Of a stretch of 64,000 bases of DNA, positions 8,914 to 19,717 are shown piece after piece (positions within the stretch are counted from its first letter, which is position 1; every line of letters begins with the position of its first letter). Source of the stretch: Nibricoccus sp. (GTDB lineage: Bacteria; Verrucomicrobiota; Verrucomicrobiia; Opitutales; Opitutaceae); contig JASGHG010000001.1 in assembly GCA_047602425.1 (NCBI GenBank), forward strand, positions 1,600,001 to 1,664,000, in the 5' to 3' direction. Below the pieces are notes generated by a model. It was not told the origin of the DNA, searched no databases, and saw only the letters and a program-made list of their open reading frames with translations. The position numbers and the translations under genes were made by a program.

Positions 8914-10704
8914 GTGCATCTCCCTAACCTTGTTCTCGCCACAGCTGCGAGCGCGGCTCCGTCCGGCGGCTCCAGCTCGATTCTGCTCAATCTCGCCGCG
9001 GTCGATTACGCGATCCTGGCCATTTACTTCGCGTTCGTCATCGGCATCGGCTGGGTGCTGAAGAGCTACCTGAAGACCAGTTCGGATTACTTTGAATCCG
9101 GCCGCTCCCTCCCCGCGTGGATTTGCGCGCTGGGCTTCATTGGCGCGAATCTCGGAGCCCAGGAAGTCATGGGCATGGCCGCTTCGGGCGCCAAATACGG
9201 CATCTCGACCAGCCACTTCTATTGGATCGGCGCGATTCCCGCGATGGTGTTTGTCGGTATTTTTATGATGCCGTTCTACTACGGCTCGAAGGCCCGCTCG
9301 GTGCCCGAATACCTGAAGCTGCGCTTCGATGAAAAAACCCGGACTTTCAACGCGCTCACGTTTGCCGTGATGACCGTTTTTTCCTCCGGCATCTCGATGC
9401 ACGCGCTGGCCCTGTTGCTCAATGCGACCCTCAGCAGCTCCATCCCGTGGTTAAACTACCACGTCTGCATCGCCTTCTCCGGCGTCATCGTCCTCATCTA
9501 CATCTACACGGGCGGCCTTACCTCGGCCATCTACAACGAGGTCATTCAGTTCTTCCTGATCGTGCTTGGTTTCGCTCCGCTCGTTTTCCTCGGTCTCAAG
9601 GATGTCGGCGGCTGGGACGGCCTGATGACCAAACTCGGACTCTACTCCCAAACTCAAGGCATGCCCGGCGCCTGGTCTCATTCTTGGGCTCACATGGGCA
9701 CCTCCACCGGCAACCCAATGGGTGTCGAATGGTTCGGCCTCGCCATGGGCCTCGGCTTCGTTCTCTCGTTCGGCTACTGGTGCACGGACTTCCTCGTGAT
9801 TCAGCGCGCCATGGCCGCCAAGGACATGAACTCGGCCCGCCGCACGCCAATCATCGCCGCGATTCCGAAAATGCTTTTCCCCGCGCTCGTGATTTTGCCC
9901 GGCATGATTGCCATCGCCCTCGTTCAGCAAGGCGGCAACTCCATCAGTCTTCCGACCACGCCCGGCGGCGAAACCGATTTCAACATGGTCGTCCCCGCCC
10001 TGCTCGCGAAGTACTTCCCCACCGGCATGCTCGGCCTCGGTCTCACCGCCCTCATGGCCTCTTTCATGTCCGGCATGGCGGGCAATGTCACCGCCTTCAA
10101 TACGGTCTGGACCTACGATCTTTACCATAACCACATCAACCCGAAAGCCAGCGACGCCGATCTCGTCCGCATGGGCCGGCTCACCACCGTGGTCGGCTTG
10201 TTGATCAGCGCAGCCGCGGCCTACACGGCCCGCGAGTTCAATAACATCATGGACATGCTCCAATTGGTGTTCGGCTTCGTCAACGCCCCGCTCTTCGCCG
10301 CGTTTCTCCTCGGCATGTTCTGGCGGCGCAGCACCGGCCACGGCGCGTTCTATGGTCTGCTCGCAGGAACACTCTCCGCGATGATTTTCCACGGTCTCAC
10401 GCTTCCCGCCGCTGGCACCGCCACTGGCATCAAGGGCGGCTGGATCGGCGTGCAACACACGTTCACGAGTTCGATGGCGCAAAACTTCTGGATGGCGATC
10501 TTCGCCTTCACCGGCTGCTTCATCGCGACCATCGTCATTTCGCTCGCCACCAAAGCCAACAAAACCGACGACGAACTCCGCGGCCTGGTTTACTCGCTCA
10601 CGCCAAAAGCCAAGGACGAAGGCGCTCCCTGGTATTCCCGTCCCGCCACTCTCGGCGCCGTCGTCATGGCGGGCGCACTGGTGCTCAACATCATCTTCTG
10701 GTAA
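8914..10704 (+). CDS. Sodium:solute symporter (SLC5/SSS family, probably a sugar)
   Basis: DYFESGRSLP, SVPEYLKLRFD, GGLTSAIYNEVIQ, YWCTDFLVIQRAMAA; many TM helices. Confidence 0.93.
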   Translation: MHLPNLVLATAASAAPSGGSSSILLNLAAVDYAILAIYFAFVIGIGWVLKSYLKTSSDYFESGRSLPAWICALGFIGANLGAQEVMGMAASGAKYGISTSHFYWIGAIPAMVFVGIFMMPFYYGSKARSVPEYLKLRFDEKTRTFNALTFAVMTVFSSGISMHALALLLNATLSSSIPWLNYHVCIAFSGVIVLIYIYTGGLTSAIYNEVIQFFLIVLGFAPLVFLGLKDVGGWDGLMTKLGLYSQTQGMPGAWSHSWAHMGTSTGNPMGVEWFGLAMGLGFVLSFGYWCTDFLVIQRAMAAKDMNSARRTPIIAAIPKMLFPALVILPGMIAIALVQQGGNSISLPTTPGGETDFNMVVPALLAKYFPTGMLGLGLTALMASFMSGMAGNVTAFNTVWTYDLYHNHINPKASDADLVRMGRLTTVVGLLISAAAAYTAREFNNIMDMLQLVFGFVNAPLFAAFLLGMFWRRSTGHGAFYGLLAGTLSAMIFHGLTLPAAGTATGIKGGWIGVQHTFTSSMAQNFWMAIFAFTGCFIATIVISLATKANKTDDELRGLVYSLTPKAKDEGAPWYSRPATLGAVVMAGALVLNIIFW

Positions 10705-10724
10705 CCCTCGACCCTTATTTCATC

Positions 10725-10925
10725 ATGAATCTCGACGTCCGCCTCCCCATGGGTCTGCTCTTCGCCATCATCGGCGCCATCCTGATTGTGCATGGCTTCG
10801 CCGCCGACCCGGCGATTTTCAACACCCATTCCCTCGGCATCAATATCAACGTGCGCTGGGGCATCATCATCTTCGCCTTCGGCGCGATCATGCTGCTCCT
10901 TTCCCGCAAAAAAAAGCAGGAGTAA
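10725..10925 (+). CDS. Small two-TM membrane protein, likely SSS partner
   Basis: MNLDVRLPMGLLF...SLGININVRWG; 20 bp downstream of the symporter, followed by a terminator. Confidence 0.75.
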   Translation: MNLDVRLPMGLLFAIIGAILIVHGFAADPAIFNTHSLGININVRWGIIIFAFGAIMLLLSRKKKQE

Positions 10926-10946
10926 GCACAACCTCGTTCCATCTCC

Positions 10947-10976
10947 AAGCGCGGCGCCAAAACGCCGCGCTTTTTT
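10947..10976 (+). terminator. Rho-independent terminator
   Basis: AAGCGCGGCG-ccaaaa-CGCCGCGCTT plus T run. Confidence 0.8.
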
Positions 10977-11059
10977 GTGTCCTTTTAAGTCCACGACCCG
11001 GTGCAATGACACGAGGGTTCGAAGTCAAAAGAGAATCTCCAATCAGGCTCCTCCAGACA

Positions 11060-11084
11060 GTTTGTAACTTAATAGATTACAAAC
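11060..11084. repeat. Degenerate palindrome related to the one at 3955
   Basis: GTTTGTAA-cttaataga-TTACAAAC; would read CNLIDYK (compare CHVIRDK). Confidence 0.55.
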
Positions 11085-11147
11085 CATCCGACCGATCTAA
11101 AGAATAGGTTTTGTAATAATCGAACCGCGGTACCGCAAAATTTCCGT

Positions 11148-12194
11148 CTACGCTCCGACGGCGAGTTGCCCGCAGCCGGCCGCGATATCGATACCCCGTC
11201 GCTGCCGAACCGTGCTCGGTAAATAGTACTCCGCGAGAATCGCCTGAAAGCGCTTCGCCGCGTCCAGCTGCGTGGGGTGGCCGTCGTATCCACACGTTGG
11301 ATTCAACGGAATGAGGTTCACCTGCGCCTGCAAACCTTTGAGCAATACTCCGACCGCGCGCGCCTGTTCCACCGTGTCGTTTTTTCCCTCGATCAAAGCC
11401 CATTCGAAGAAAATACGCCGGTCGAGCTTCCGCACAAAATACCGGCATGCGTCCATCAACGCGTCGAGCGGCCAGCGTTTCGCGACCGGCACAAGGGCCT
11501 CGCGTTCCGCTTGCGTTGCCGCGTGCAAACTCACCGCCAGGTGCACTGGCCGCGCTTCGTCTGCCATGCGAATGATGCCCGGCACTACGCCCACCGTGCT
11601 GAGGGTGATTTTCTTCGCGCCAAGCGCGACGCCGTTGGAATCGCGCAGGATGTCGCACGCCTTCATCACCGTATCGTAGTTGTGCAAGGGCTCTCCCATG
11701 CCCATCAGCACCATGTTCCGCAACCGATCGCCAGAACCACGCAGAAGTCTTTGCACGTGCAAAGCCTGCCCCACGATTTCGCCAGCGGTGAGATTACGCT
11801 TAAAACCCATTTGCCCCGTGGCGCAAAACACACAGCCCATCGCGCAACCCACCTGGCTGCTCACGCAAGCAGTGACGCGTCCCGTGAAACGCATGAGCAC
11901 CGTCTCGACTTTCGCATCGTCGTCGAGTCCGAGCAGAAATTTCCGCGTAAAACCATCGCTGCTGTGGAGCTCGCGCGCGACCGGCAGCACTTCCAGCCTG
12001 CATTCTGCGTCGAGTCGCTTGCGCAATTTCGGCGGCAATTCCGACATCGCCGCGAACGAATCCACACATTCGTAATAAAGATAGTTCCACAGCCGCGCCG
12101 CGTGCACGGGACTTAAATCCCACGAGACAACCAGCTCCTGTAGCTCCGCACGCGTCAGCTCATGGAGATTATGCCGTGCGGTGGAATTGTTCAC
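11148..12194 (-). CDS. rlmN: 23S rRNA A2503 C2-methyltransferase RlmN (radical SAM)
   Basis: CVSSQVGCAMGCVFCATG, MGMGEP, SLHA, NLIPLN, RGIDIAAGCGQL. Start uncertain (GTG 12194). Confidence 0.93.
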   Translation of the reverse strand: MNNSTARHNLHELTRAELQELVVSWDLSPVHAARLWNYLYYECVDSFAAMSELPPKLRKRLDAECRLEVLPVARELHSSDGFTRKFLLGLDDDAKVETVLMRFTGRVTACVSSQVGCAMGCVFCATGQMGFKRNLTAGEIVGQALHVQRLLRGSGDRLRNMVLMGMGEPLHNYDTVMKACDILRDSNGVALGAKKITLSTVGVVPGIIRMADEARPVHLAVSLHAATQAEREALVPVAKRWPLDALMDACRYFVRKLDRRIFFEWALIEGKNDTVEQARAVGVLLKGLQAQVNLIPLNPTCGYDGHPTQLDAAKRFQAILAEYYLPSTVRQRRGIDIAAGCGQLAVGA

Positions 12195-12346
12195 GCGCGC
12201 AACCAAAGCGATCTCTGCCCCACGCACAAGGGTTTGCTGCTCGCTCCGCAAAAATCCGGCCCCTTCTCTAAACTTCTCTCAGGGGCGCGCCGCCAGTTTG
12301 CGGCGCGCCCGTTCGTCACCCTCCCGGCGCGCGCAATTCCAAAAAA

Positions 12347-12610
12347 TCACCTATGCTCCGTCGGAGGATCGTCGGCTTTGCCTTCGTAGGCGTGAACCGA
12401 ACGCGCCGAGTCGCTCCACGTCGGCAAGTTTGCCCGCCGCCAGAAGTGCGCATGCGTAATATCCGCCCGCACCTCAGGCTCGTCGGCACGCATCATGAGT
12501 TGATTGATCGCGGCATATGCAACGTCCTCGGGATGCAAATGCAGTTGCTCCGCCAAACGGCAAATGGGCGCGTACTCTTCATCATCAAGGTAGACTTTGA
12601 TCGCTGGCAT
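12347..12610 (-). CDS. Hypothetical 87-aa protein, ribbon-helix-helix-like N-terminus
   Basis: Strong AGGAGG RBS before ATG; IKVYLD strand followed by two predicted helices. Confidence 0.7.
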   Translation of the reverse strand: MPAIKVYLDDEEYAPICRLAEQLHLHPEDVAYAAINQLMMRADEPEVRADITHAHFWRRANLPTWSDSARSVHAYEGKADDPPTEHR

Positions 12611-12660
12611 GTCGGCCTCCTGTTTTTGGGGTTTCGGGAAATACGTTCTTGGCGGCCCCG

Positions 12661-12689
12661 AGACTAAGCTGACCGATACCTACAGGCAA
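12661..12689 (-). promoter_or_regulatory. Putative sigma70 promoter of the 87-aa gene
   Basis: TTGCCT-17 bp-TAGTCT on the minus strand. Confidence 0.4.
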
Positions 12690-13196
12690 GAGCAGCAAAT
12701 CATAATATTGTGCCGCGTAAGCGGCTCATTACTAAATGGTAGCGTGTATTTTAGTTTCAGATAAAAATCCGATTTCTAGGACGTAGGGCGACACCGGAAA
12801 TACGTGAAAAACAATCCTGCCGTATCCATTTTCCACCTACAAATATTGGTTCGGCCCCAGTGAAAAGGTTCCGGCGCGAATAGCCCGCCGTCCCGTTCGC
12901 GCGTGCTTCTGATTGCCAATGGTTTGCACTCAAAACGCCAACCCCTAATCTTACGCAGATTTTCCACGCAATCTTTTGTAGTGGTTTCCCCGTTTTATTC
13001 CCTTTGGTACAATTCACGATGGCACCGGGAGCATAGGGGTTTTATCGACGAGTCGTTAGCAGAACTATGCTTTGTTTCACCCATCCTTCGAGCGCGCGCT
13101 CCAAGCTCGCGCAGTTCCGTCGTATCGCAACCGGTACGTTTCCGCGCCTGCTCATGAACTTTTCGGGCTAACACCCGTCCAATCCACCGCCTTTCC

Positions 13197-14795
13197 GTGC
13201 GTTATCTGCACTCAACACCGCCCTTTGCCGCCCTGCCGGATGCCCACACCCGGCACGACCGGCCGCCTCCAGCGCCCTTGCTGGCCGCAGCCGTGCACGC
13301 ACAAAGTGAAGGTGTGCTCATCGCCGCCCGCCGGTGGACGAAAAAAGGCCTGCGCATTCTTTTCGCGAACGAAAGTTTTTGCGCTCTCACCGGCTACACC
13401 ACCGCCGAATTGCGCGAACGCGGCCACGGTTTCCTTCACGACAACAAGAAAGATCTTGTTCAACTCCACCGCTGGCAGGCCCGGCTGAAACCCGGTTCCA
13501 CGCTGAGCGGCGAAGGTATTCTCATCCGCAAGGATGGCGTGCGCGTGTATTCATCCTGGAACTACTGCCCGGTCTCCGACGAAAAAGGCAAAGTCACGCA
13601 TATCGTCGCCACTTATCGAGACCTCACCGAAAAACGCCGGATGCAGGAAGCTCTCATTCATTCGCAACGTCTCGACGCCGTGGGCCGGCTCGCCGGCGGC
13701 ATTGCGCATGATTTCAACAACCTGCTCTCCGTCATCAACGGCTATTGCGAGATGATGGGATCGAAGCGCGATGTCCGTAAGCTTGTCACTCGCGAGCTTC
13801 AGGAAATCCATGAGGCCAGCCAAAAAGCCGCAGGCCTCGTCGGCCAGCTTCTCGCCTTCAGCCGCCGCCAGACCAGCAATCCGCGCGTCATTAATCTCGA
13901 TCAACTCATTAGGGACAATAGCAACATTCTTTCGCGCCTGCTAAAACCAGCCCGCGCTCTCGAATTTTCCCTGTCCGCCGGTACGGCCAACATTCGCGTC
14001 GACCCAGCCCAACTCCAACAGGTGCTGCTCAACCTGGTTCTCAACGCGCGCGACGCCCTGCAGGAAGGCGGGACCGCCACCATCTCCACTTGCGTGCGCG
14101 AGGCCAGCCCCGATACCAACGACCCCTCGCGTCGCGGCCACTACGCAATTCTGACCGTCTCCGACAATGGTTCCGGCATGGACGAAGAAGTGCGCGCCCA
14201 TCTTTTCGAACCATTCTTTACAACCAAAGCCTCCGGCAAAGGCACCGGTCTTGGCCTCGCGCTCGTTTACGGAGTGGTGCAACAAAGTTCCGGCTTCATC
14301 CGCGTGCGAAGCGTCCCGGGCGCCGGCTCGACCTTCGAAATTTTCCTTCCGCTCATTAACCGCCCGGCCCACCATCGTCATTCCGCCGTGCCCGCCCTCC
14401 CGACCATTCGTGGCCAGGAACGCGTGCTCCTCATCGAGGAGGAAACTTCCGTGCGCAACATGATCACGGAAATATTCCGCGCCGCCGGCTACAAACTCGA
14501 AGCCGTCGCCTCCACGACCGAGGCTCTCGAGCTGCTGAAAAAGCAACGCCAGCCTTTCAACCTCGTCATCATTCAAGCGAGCGCCCGGCAAACCCGTGCC
14601 GACGAAATTTTCACTCGCGCCCTTCCCATCATGCTGCCCGAGGCGCGCGTCCTTTCCATCTCCAACTCGGAAACTTCCTGTTTTCCCGATCTCAACCCCG
14701 CTTTCCAAGCGACGCTGCCAAAGCCTTTCACGCTGAGCGCTGTTCTCAAAACCGCTCGCAGCCTGCTCGACGCCAAAACACCCGTCGCGTCATAG
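13197..14795 (+). CDS. PAS hybrid histidine kinase with degenerate receiver domain
   Basis: PAS ([12 protein letters not shown]), H-box [42 protein letters not shown]-terminal REC-like domain. Confidence 0.92.
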   Translation: MRYLHSTPPFAALPDAHTRHDRPPPAPLLAAAVHAQSEGVLIAARRWTKKGLRILFANESFCALTGYTTAELRERGHGFLHDNKKDLVQLHRWQARLKPGSTLSGEGILIRKDGVRVYSSWNYCPVSDEKGKVTHIVATYRDLTEKRRMQEALIHSQRLDAVGRLAGGIAHDFNNLLSVINGYCEMMGSKRDVRKLVTRELQEIHEASQKAAGLVGQLLAFSRRQTSNPRVINLDQLIRDNSNILSRLLKPARALEFSLSAGTANIRVDPAQLQQVLLNLVLNARDALQEGGTATISTCVREASPDTNDPSRRGHYAILTVSDNGSGMDEEVRAHLFEPFFTTKASGKGTGLGLALVYGVVQQSSGFIRVRSVPGAGSTFEIFLPLINRPAHHRHSAVPALPTIRGQERVLLIEEETSVRNMITEIFRAAGYKLEAVASTTEALELLKKQRQPFNLVIIQASARQTRADEIFTRALPIMLPEARVLSISNSETSCFPDLNPAFQATLPKPFTLSAVLKTARSLLDAKTPVAS

Positions 14796-14836
14796 GTTGA
14801 CCTGAGGGCGTTCCACTCTTTCTGCTAGAGCGCAAC

Positions 14837-15367
14837 ATGCCCCTGTATCTGGTTCGCCATGCCCATGCCGTCGATGAAGAGGAGAATCGCAAGCGTCCGC
14901 TGAGCGAACGTGGTCGCACCCAAGTGCGCGCGCTGGCGGCCTTTTTCAACAACAACCAGCTCTTCACGCCCGCGCATGTCTGGCACAGTCCGCTCCTTCG
15001 CGCCCGCGAAACCGCCGAATTGCTTCTCAACGGCCTGGCCAGCGATGCCGCATTGGTGGAAACGCCCGACCTGCTACCCGAAGACGATCCAGTCCTAATC
15101 GCCAACCGGATTCAGGCCATCAACACCGCAATCAATATCGCGCTCGTCGGCCATCAACCCCACCTCGGCGCGCTTGTGACGCTTCTGCTTCGCGGCAAAC
15201 CTGCGCGAGAACTGGTGGACGTGCAGAAGGCCGCCGTGATCTCGCTCGGTCAAACCGGCGAAATCCACAAAAAGACCGGCCGCGCGCTCTGGCGGATCAA
15301 TTGGCATATCACGCCCGACTTGCTCACTGCCCGCCCCGCCCCCGCCGCACAACCGTGGCCTCCCTGA
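14837..15367 (+). CDS. sixA: Phosphohistidine phosphatase SixA-like
   Basis: LYLVRHAHA, RPLSERGR, HSPLLRARETAE, LVGHQP. Confidence 0.85.
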   Translation: MPLYLVRHAHAVDEEENRKRPLSERGRTQVRALAAFFNNNQLFTPAHVWHSPLLRARETAELLLNGLASDAALVETPDLLPEDDPVLIANRIQAINTAINIALVGHQPHLGALVTLLLRGKPARELVDVQKAAVISLGQTGEIHKKTGRALWRINWHITPDLLTARPAPAAQPWPP

Positions 15368-15383
15368 ACCAGTCGCCGTAGCC

Positions 15384-16106
15384 ATGCGTCTCGATCTCCT
15401 TCCCACCCGCACCGGCGGCGCCGCCGAAAACATGGCGACCGATCTTCTGCTTCTACAGCGCTACCCTGTCGAAGAAAACGTCCGCTTTCGTCACTATAAC
15501 TGGCATCGTCCCGCCTTCACCTTCGGCTATAGTCAGCCACTTGACTTCGTTCGCGCCCAACTGCCCGCCGACGAGAACGTCGAAATTTGCCGGCGCCCCT
15601 CCGGGGGCGGTATGGTCGATCATCGCAACGATTGGACGTATGCATTGGTTATACCTCGCGCCCACGATCTTTACGAAGCTTGCGCGACAGAATCCTATCG
15701 GCTGGTGCATGCCTGCATCGCGCAAACGTTCACCACCCTTGGTCAACCCGCCGCGCTCAAGGAGCCAAAACCTGACTCAACCGCTAACGATACTGCCGGC
15801 TGCGGCCCCGGCGTTTGTTTTACCAAGGCCGAAGTCTACGATGTGATCCACCCGCACACCGGCGCAAAGATTGCCGGTGCAGCCCAAAAACGTTCCCGCC
15901 CCGGTATTCTTTTCCAAGGCTCGATCGCGCGCGATGCCGTGTCGCCCGATCTCGATTGGGATAAATTCGAGGAATCGCTCTCCACCGCACTCGCACAAGC
16001 CCTCGGGATGGGGGCCGAATCCGCGCCCTGGCCGGAATTTTCCGAAGACGAATTGTCCGCCCTGACCGAGCAATACTCCACCGAAGAGTGGAATGGCCGT
16101 CGCTAA
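15384..16106 (+). CDS. Lipoate-protein ligase / octanoyltransferase family (LplA/LipM-like)
   Basis: NMATDLLL, FTFGYSQ, RRPSGGGMVDH, KIAGAAQKR, FQGS. Confidence 0.85.
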   Translation: MRLDLLPTRTGGAAENMATDLLLLQRYPVEENVRFRHYNWHRPAFTFGYSQPLDFVRAQLPADENVEICRRPSGGGMVDHRNDWTYALVIPRAHDLYEACATESYRLVHACIAQTFTTLGQPAALKEPKPDSTANDTAGCGPGVCFTKAEVYDVIHPHTGAKIAGAAQKRSRPGILFQGSIARDAVSPDLDWDKFEESLSTALAQALGMGAESAPWPEFSEDELSALTEQYSTEEWNGRR

Positions 16107-17128
16107 TTGCGCGCGGCGTCGACAAACGCGCGGACGTTTTCCGTGGTCACGCCGGGCGGCATGCCACCGGCGCAAGAGAGAAGAAGCCGCGACGGGTTGG
16201 GGGTGTCAGCAAGGAGTTTTTGCACGGCGGCGCGCACGTCGGCTGGGGTGCCCTGGGCGAGCACATCGCGCGGCGGAATCGTGCCGAGAATGGTAAGACG
16301 ATTGTCGCACAGACGCCGCATTTCGGTGAGAGAAGTTTGAACACCGGGGTTGTAGAGGTTGATGCCTATGTCCGCGTAATGTCGGATCGACTGCGCGCAC
16401 GCGGCATCGTTGTGAAAAAACTTCACCGTTACTTCGCTCGCGTAGAGCTCTTTCAAATACGGAAAACCGAACTCCAAAAAGTCCGCCTCGCCCATGAAAC
16501 CGACGATATCGTCGAGCATCATGATGCCATCGATAGTCGGGAATGTTTTCCGCTGCAAAGCATGCCACTGTTTCAGGAAATCAGTGATAACGCGGAGCAA
16601 CTTGTGCATTTGCACTGGATCGGTTTTGATCGCACAAAGAAACTCCGTCGTGCCCATCAAAAAAGTCGCGACATTCAAGGGTCCGCGCGAAACCGAGAAA
16701 CGGATCTCGTGGCCGAGTGCTTTGATTTTCGGTTCGGCCCAGCGCAGGCGATTAAGCATGAATGGCAGCAGACCGTCGGTTTCGACATTGGGCACGACAA
16801 GCGTGTCAACTTGGGCGACGTCGTTGATGATTTTCTCGGCAAAAGGAAATTCGTTGCGCGGGAACTGACAGCGCGTGCCGAAAGCAGATGGTTCGGTGCA
16901 CATGCCAAACTCCGACCAGAACCCGGGCAGAAACCAAACATCGGGAAAAGTTTCGATAGCGCGGCGGTTGGCCTCGAACCAAATTTCGTCGCCGCAAAGA
17001 TAGTCCGCAATCTGCACGCCATGCCAGTTCGGCAACCAGGGACAATCAATGATGAAGGCTACCGGCCGGGGTTGAACGATTTCGCCGCGAACGACGGCGC
17101 AAAGTTGGTTCCATTGTTGGTTCGTCAT
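16103..17128 (-). CDS. Uroporphyrinogen decarboxylase (URO-D/MtaA-like) family protein
   Basis: RGPLNVATFLMG, LDDIVGF, FFHNDA, ILGTIPP, LLSCAGGMPPGVTTEN. Not a canonical HemE. Confidence 0.8.
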   Translation of the reverse strand: MTNQQWNQLCAVVRGEIVQPRPVAFIIDCPWLPNWHGVQIADYLCGDEIWFEANRRAIETFPDVWFLPGFWSEFGMCTEPSAFGTRCQFPRNEFPFAEKIINDVAQVDTLVVPNVETDGLLPFMLNRLRWAEPKIKALGHEIRFSVSRGPLNVATFLMGTTEFLCAIKTDPVQMHKLLRVITDFLKQWHALQRKTFPTIDGIMMLDDIVGFMGEADFLEFGFPYLKELYASEVTVKFFHNDAACAQSIRHYADIGINLYNPGVQTSLTEMRRLCDNRLTILGTIPPRDVLAQGTPADVRAAVQKLLADTPNPSRLLLSCAGGMPPGVTTENVRAFVDAARN

Positions 17129-17207
17129 CGGGTAACGGGGTTGCCGCGACGCTAACAGGCGCACCCGGCAGAGCAACGACAACCAAGTCGCAACAATAGA
17201 CTGGGAC

Positions 17208-17238
17208 AAAAAATAAGCGGGATGAAAACATCCCGCTT
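17208..17238 (-). terminator. Terminator after argJ
   Basis: AAGCGGGATG-aaaa-CATCCCGCTT with an upstream A run (U run on the minus strand). Confidence 0.75.
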
Positions 17239-17266
17239 GAATTCTTATCGGCGGAAATGAAAGCGA

Positions 17267-18640
17267 TCAGCTGCGGTAGTCGGCGTTCTCGCTTACGTAT
17301 TCGTGCGTCAAGTCGGCGCCAATCACCGTCGCACTCGCCGTACCAACCCCGAGATCGACTTCGATTTCGACACAGCGTTCATGCGGCGGAAAATCGATCG
17401 GTGGAGAAAAAACTCCGTCCTTCGGTGGAGCGCTTTCGTAGAGCTCGGCACTTTTGAGATGAGCCACGAGTTGCTTTTCCTTGGCCGGATCGAGCGCGAA
17501 GATGCCATCCTTCACGATCTGGATACCGCCGAGCTTCATCTGCGTCTTGCCGAGCGCGATGTTAGGCTCGTGGGCGCCGACGTATTTGCCGACCGCCTGC
17601 ACGAGGCGACCGACGTTGGGATCGTTGCCGGCGACGGCGCATTTGAAGAGCGGAGCATTGACAATGGTTTTGGCAATGGCTCTGGCGGTGCGTTCGGTCG
17701 GAACACCGGAAACCTTCACCCGCATCACGTGGCGCACGCCTTCACCATTGCGGGCCACGTCTTCGGCGAGGTCGGCGCAGACGACGTTGAGCGCGGCTTC
17801 AAAAGCGGCGAGGTCCTTGCAGGGAACTTTGCCCGAAGACAGCATCGCGACAGTATCAGAAGTGCTGGTGTCGCTATCGATGCTCATGCAGTTGAAACTG
17901 CGATCGACGGCGCGGGCGAGGATGGAGCGCAACTCGGCGCGCGGAACGGCGAGATCGGTCAAAATATACACGAGCATGGTCGCCATGTTCGGCTCGATCA
18001 TACCGGCGCCCTTGGCGATGCCGACGATGCTGCCGCCGAGGAGATCGGCGCGGCGGATTTTCGGATAAAGATCGGTGGTCACGATGCCTTCGGCGGCGGG
18101 CAGGATCGAGCCAGCAGCGAGCGAACCAATCGTTTGCGGCAACGCCGCTGCCATGGCGTCCGCAGGCAATCGCCAGCCGATCACGCCGGTCGAACTCGGC
18201 AGAATTTCGTCGGCACTGAGGCCAAGACTCTTGGCGGCCGCGGTGCAAAGACGTTCGGCCGTTTCGACGCCACCAGGCGCGCAGACGTTGGAAATTTTAT
18301 TGTTAACGAGAATCGCGCCGAGCTTTGCGCCATCGAGTCGCTTGCGGCCAACGATGACCGGCGCACCAGGAAACGCGTTCTTCGTGAACATCGCGGCGAA
18401 GTCCGGCGTGGGTTTGTCGAGGACGATGAGCGTGAGCGTCATCTTCGCGGGCTTCGGCACTTCGAAGGGCGTGAATTCAAAACGAGAGGTGCCCACGCGG
18501 AAACCCGCCGGCAATGCGGCCTGACTTGCAAGCCAGGCGCGGTGTTGATCGCGGGAGGAAAAGGTGAGGTTGGTACTTGGCACGAGTGGGAAATGTGAAC
18601 CGTGTGCGGGCGGAGTGAAGCCGAATTTATGTGACGGCAT
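17267..18640 (-). CDS. argJ: Ornithine acetyltransferase / N-acetylglutamate synthase ArgJ
   Basis: SSTGVIG, TTD, KGAGMIEPNMATML (autocleavage site), DTSTSDT, GEG, DPNVGR, DLTHEYVSENADYRS. Start uncertain. Confidence 0.95.
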   Translation of the reverse strand: MPSHKFGFTPPAHGSHFPLVPSTNLTFSSRDQHRAWLASQAALPAGFRVGTSRFEFTPFEVPKPAKMTLTLIVLDKPTPDFAAMFTKNAFPGAPVIVGRKRLDGAKLGAILVNNKISNVCAPGGVETAERLCTAAAKSLGLSADEILPSSTGVIGWRLPADAMAAALPQTIGSLAAGSILPAAEGIVTTDLYPKIRRADLLGGSIVGIAKGAGMIEPNMATMLVYILTDLAVPRAELRSILARAVDRSFNCMSIDSDTSTSDTVAMLSSGKVPCKDLAAFEAALNVVCADLAEDVARNGEGVRHVMRVKVSGVPTERTARAIAKTIVNAPLFKCAVAGNDPNVGRLVQAVGKYVGAHEPNIALGKTQMKLGGIQIVKDGIFALDPAKEKQLVAHLKSAELYESAPPKDGVFSPPIDFPPHERCVEIEVDLGVGTASATVIGADLTHEYVSENADYRS

Positions 18641-18826
18641 CGTCACACAACGAAGTTGGCGAGCGGCACAGCTGCGAAGTTTTTTCGCTCACACCGAAAA
18701 TTATTATGGAAATACGAAGCTCGCGCGCCTAGGCATTTCCCACTTCGGATTTTTATGACCGCACACTTTTTCCAATCTCAGTCTTTCGCGGCGCACTGCC
18801 GCGCACTCTGATTGCCCGATTTTTCG

Positions 18827-19714
18827 ATGAGCATTGATATCTCCGAAGTCACCGCAAAGGCCAAAGTCCTCCTCGAGGCGTTGCCCTACATACAAGATTT
18901 CCGCGGCTCCACGTTTGTCGTGAAGTATGGCGGCAGTTTCATGGACGATCCCGATCCGATCGCACGCACGCGCGTCGCCTACGACATCGCGTTTCTCGCG
19001 GCCGTCGGCATCAACGTCGTCGTCGTTCACGGCGGCGGCAAAGCGATCACACGCGCGATGGCCGAGTCCGGCTTGAAGGCAAATTTCATCAACGGCCTCC
19101 GCGTCACCGACGAAGCCACGATGCAAGTCGTGAAGAAAACGTTGAACGAAATCGTCAACAAAGACGTTTGCGACGCGATCGTTGTCGCCAAGGGCAAACC
19201 CCGCGGCATTCCAGGCGACTCCGTGCTCACCTGCGCGAAACTCGAAGAGGACGACGACGGCAACAAAGTCGACCTCGGCTACGTCGGCGATGTCACCGAG
19301 GTGAAGGTTAAGGTGATCAAAAAAGAAATCGCCGACGGTTTCGTTCCCGTCATTTCTCCCGTCGCCGAAGGCCTCGACGGCAAACCTTACAACGTAAACG
19401 CCGACGTCGCCGCCGGCCGCGTCGCCAGCGCACTGCGGGCCCGCCGCCTCGTTTACATGAGCGATGTCCCCGGCCTGCTCTCCGCGCCGCCCGACCCGGA
19501 GTCGCTCATTTCCACGCTCAAGGTGAACCAAGTCGAAGATCTAAAAAAGAAAGGCATCATCGACAAAGGCATGCGCCCGAAAGTTTCCAGCGCCGTCCGC
19601 GCCTTGCAGGAAGGCGTGCAGCGCGTCCACTTTATCGATGGCCGCCTGCCGCACAGCTTGCTGCTGGAGATTTTCACCGACAAAGGCATCGGCACCGAAA
19701 TCGTCCAGAGCTGA
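18827..19714 (+). CDS. argB: Acetylglutamate kinase
   Basis: [42 protein letters not shown]. Confidence 0.97.
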   Translation: MSIDISEVTAKAKVLLEALPYIQDFRGSTFVVKYGGSFMDDPDPIARTRVAYDIAFLAAVGINVVVVHGGGKAITRAMAESGLKANFINGLRVTDEATMQVVKKTLNEIVNKDVCDAIVVAKGKPRGIPGDSVLTCAKLEEDDDGNKVDLGYVGDVTEVKVKVIKKEIADGFVPVISPVAEGLDGKPYNVNADVAAGRVASALRARRLVYMSDVPGLLSAPPDPESLISTLKVNQVEDLKKKGIIDKGMRPKVSSAVRALQEGVQRVHFIDGRLPHSLLLEIFTDKGIGTEIVQS

Positions 19715-19717
19715 TCC

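Noticed and set aside
12860..12945. Possible c-di-GMP-I riboswitch (GCAAACCATT on the minus strand)
   Set aside because: The following GAAA-loop / GGGACGCAAAGC core is missing.
18647..18826. ARG boxes in the argJ-argB divergent region
   Set aside because: No convincing TGAAT-N-ATTCA-type palindromes seen.
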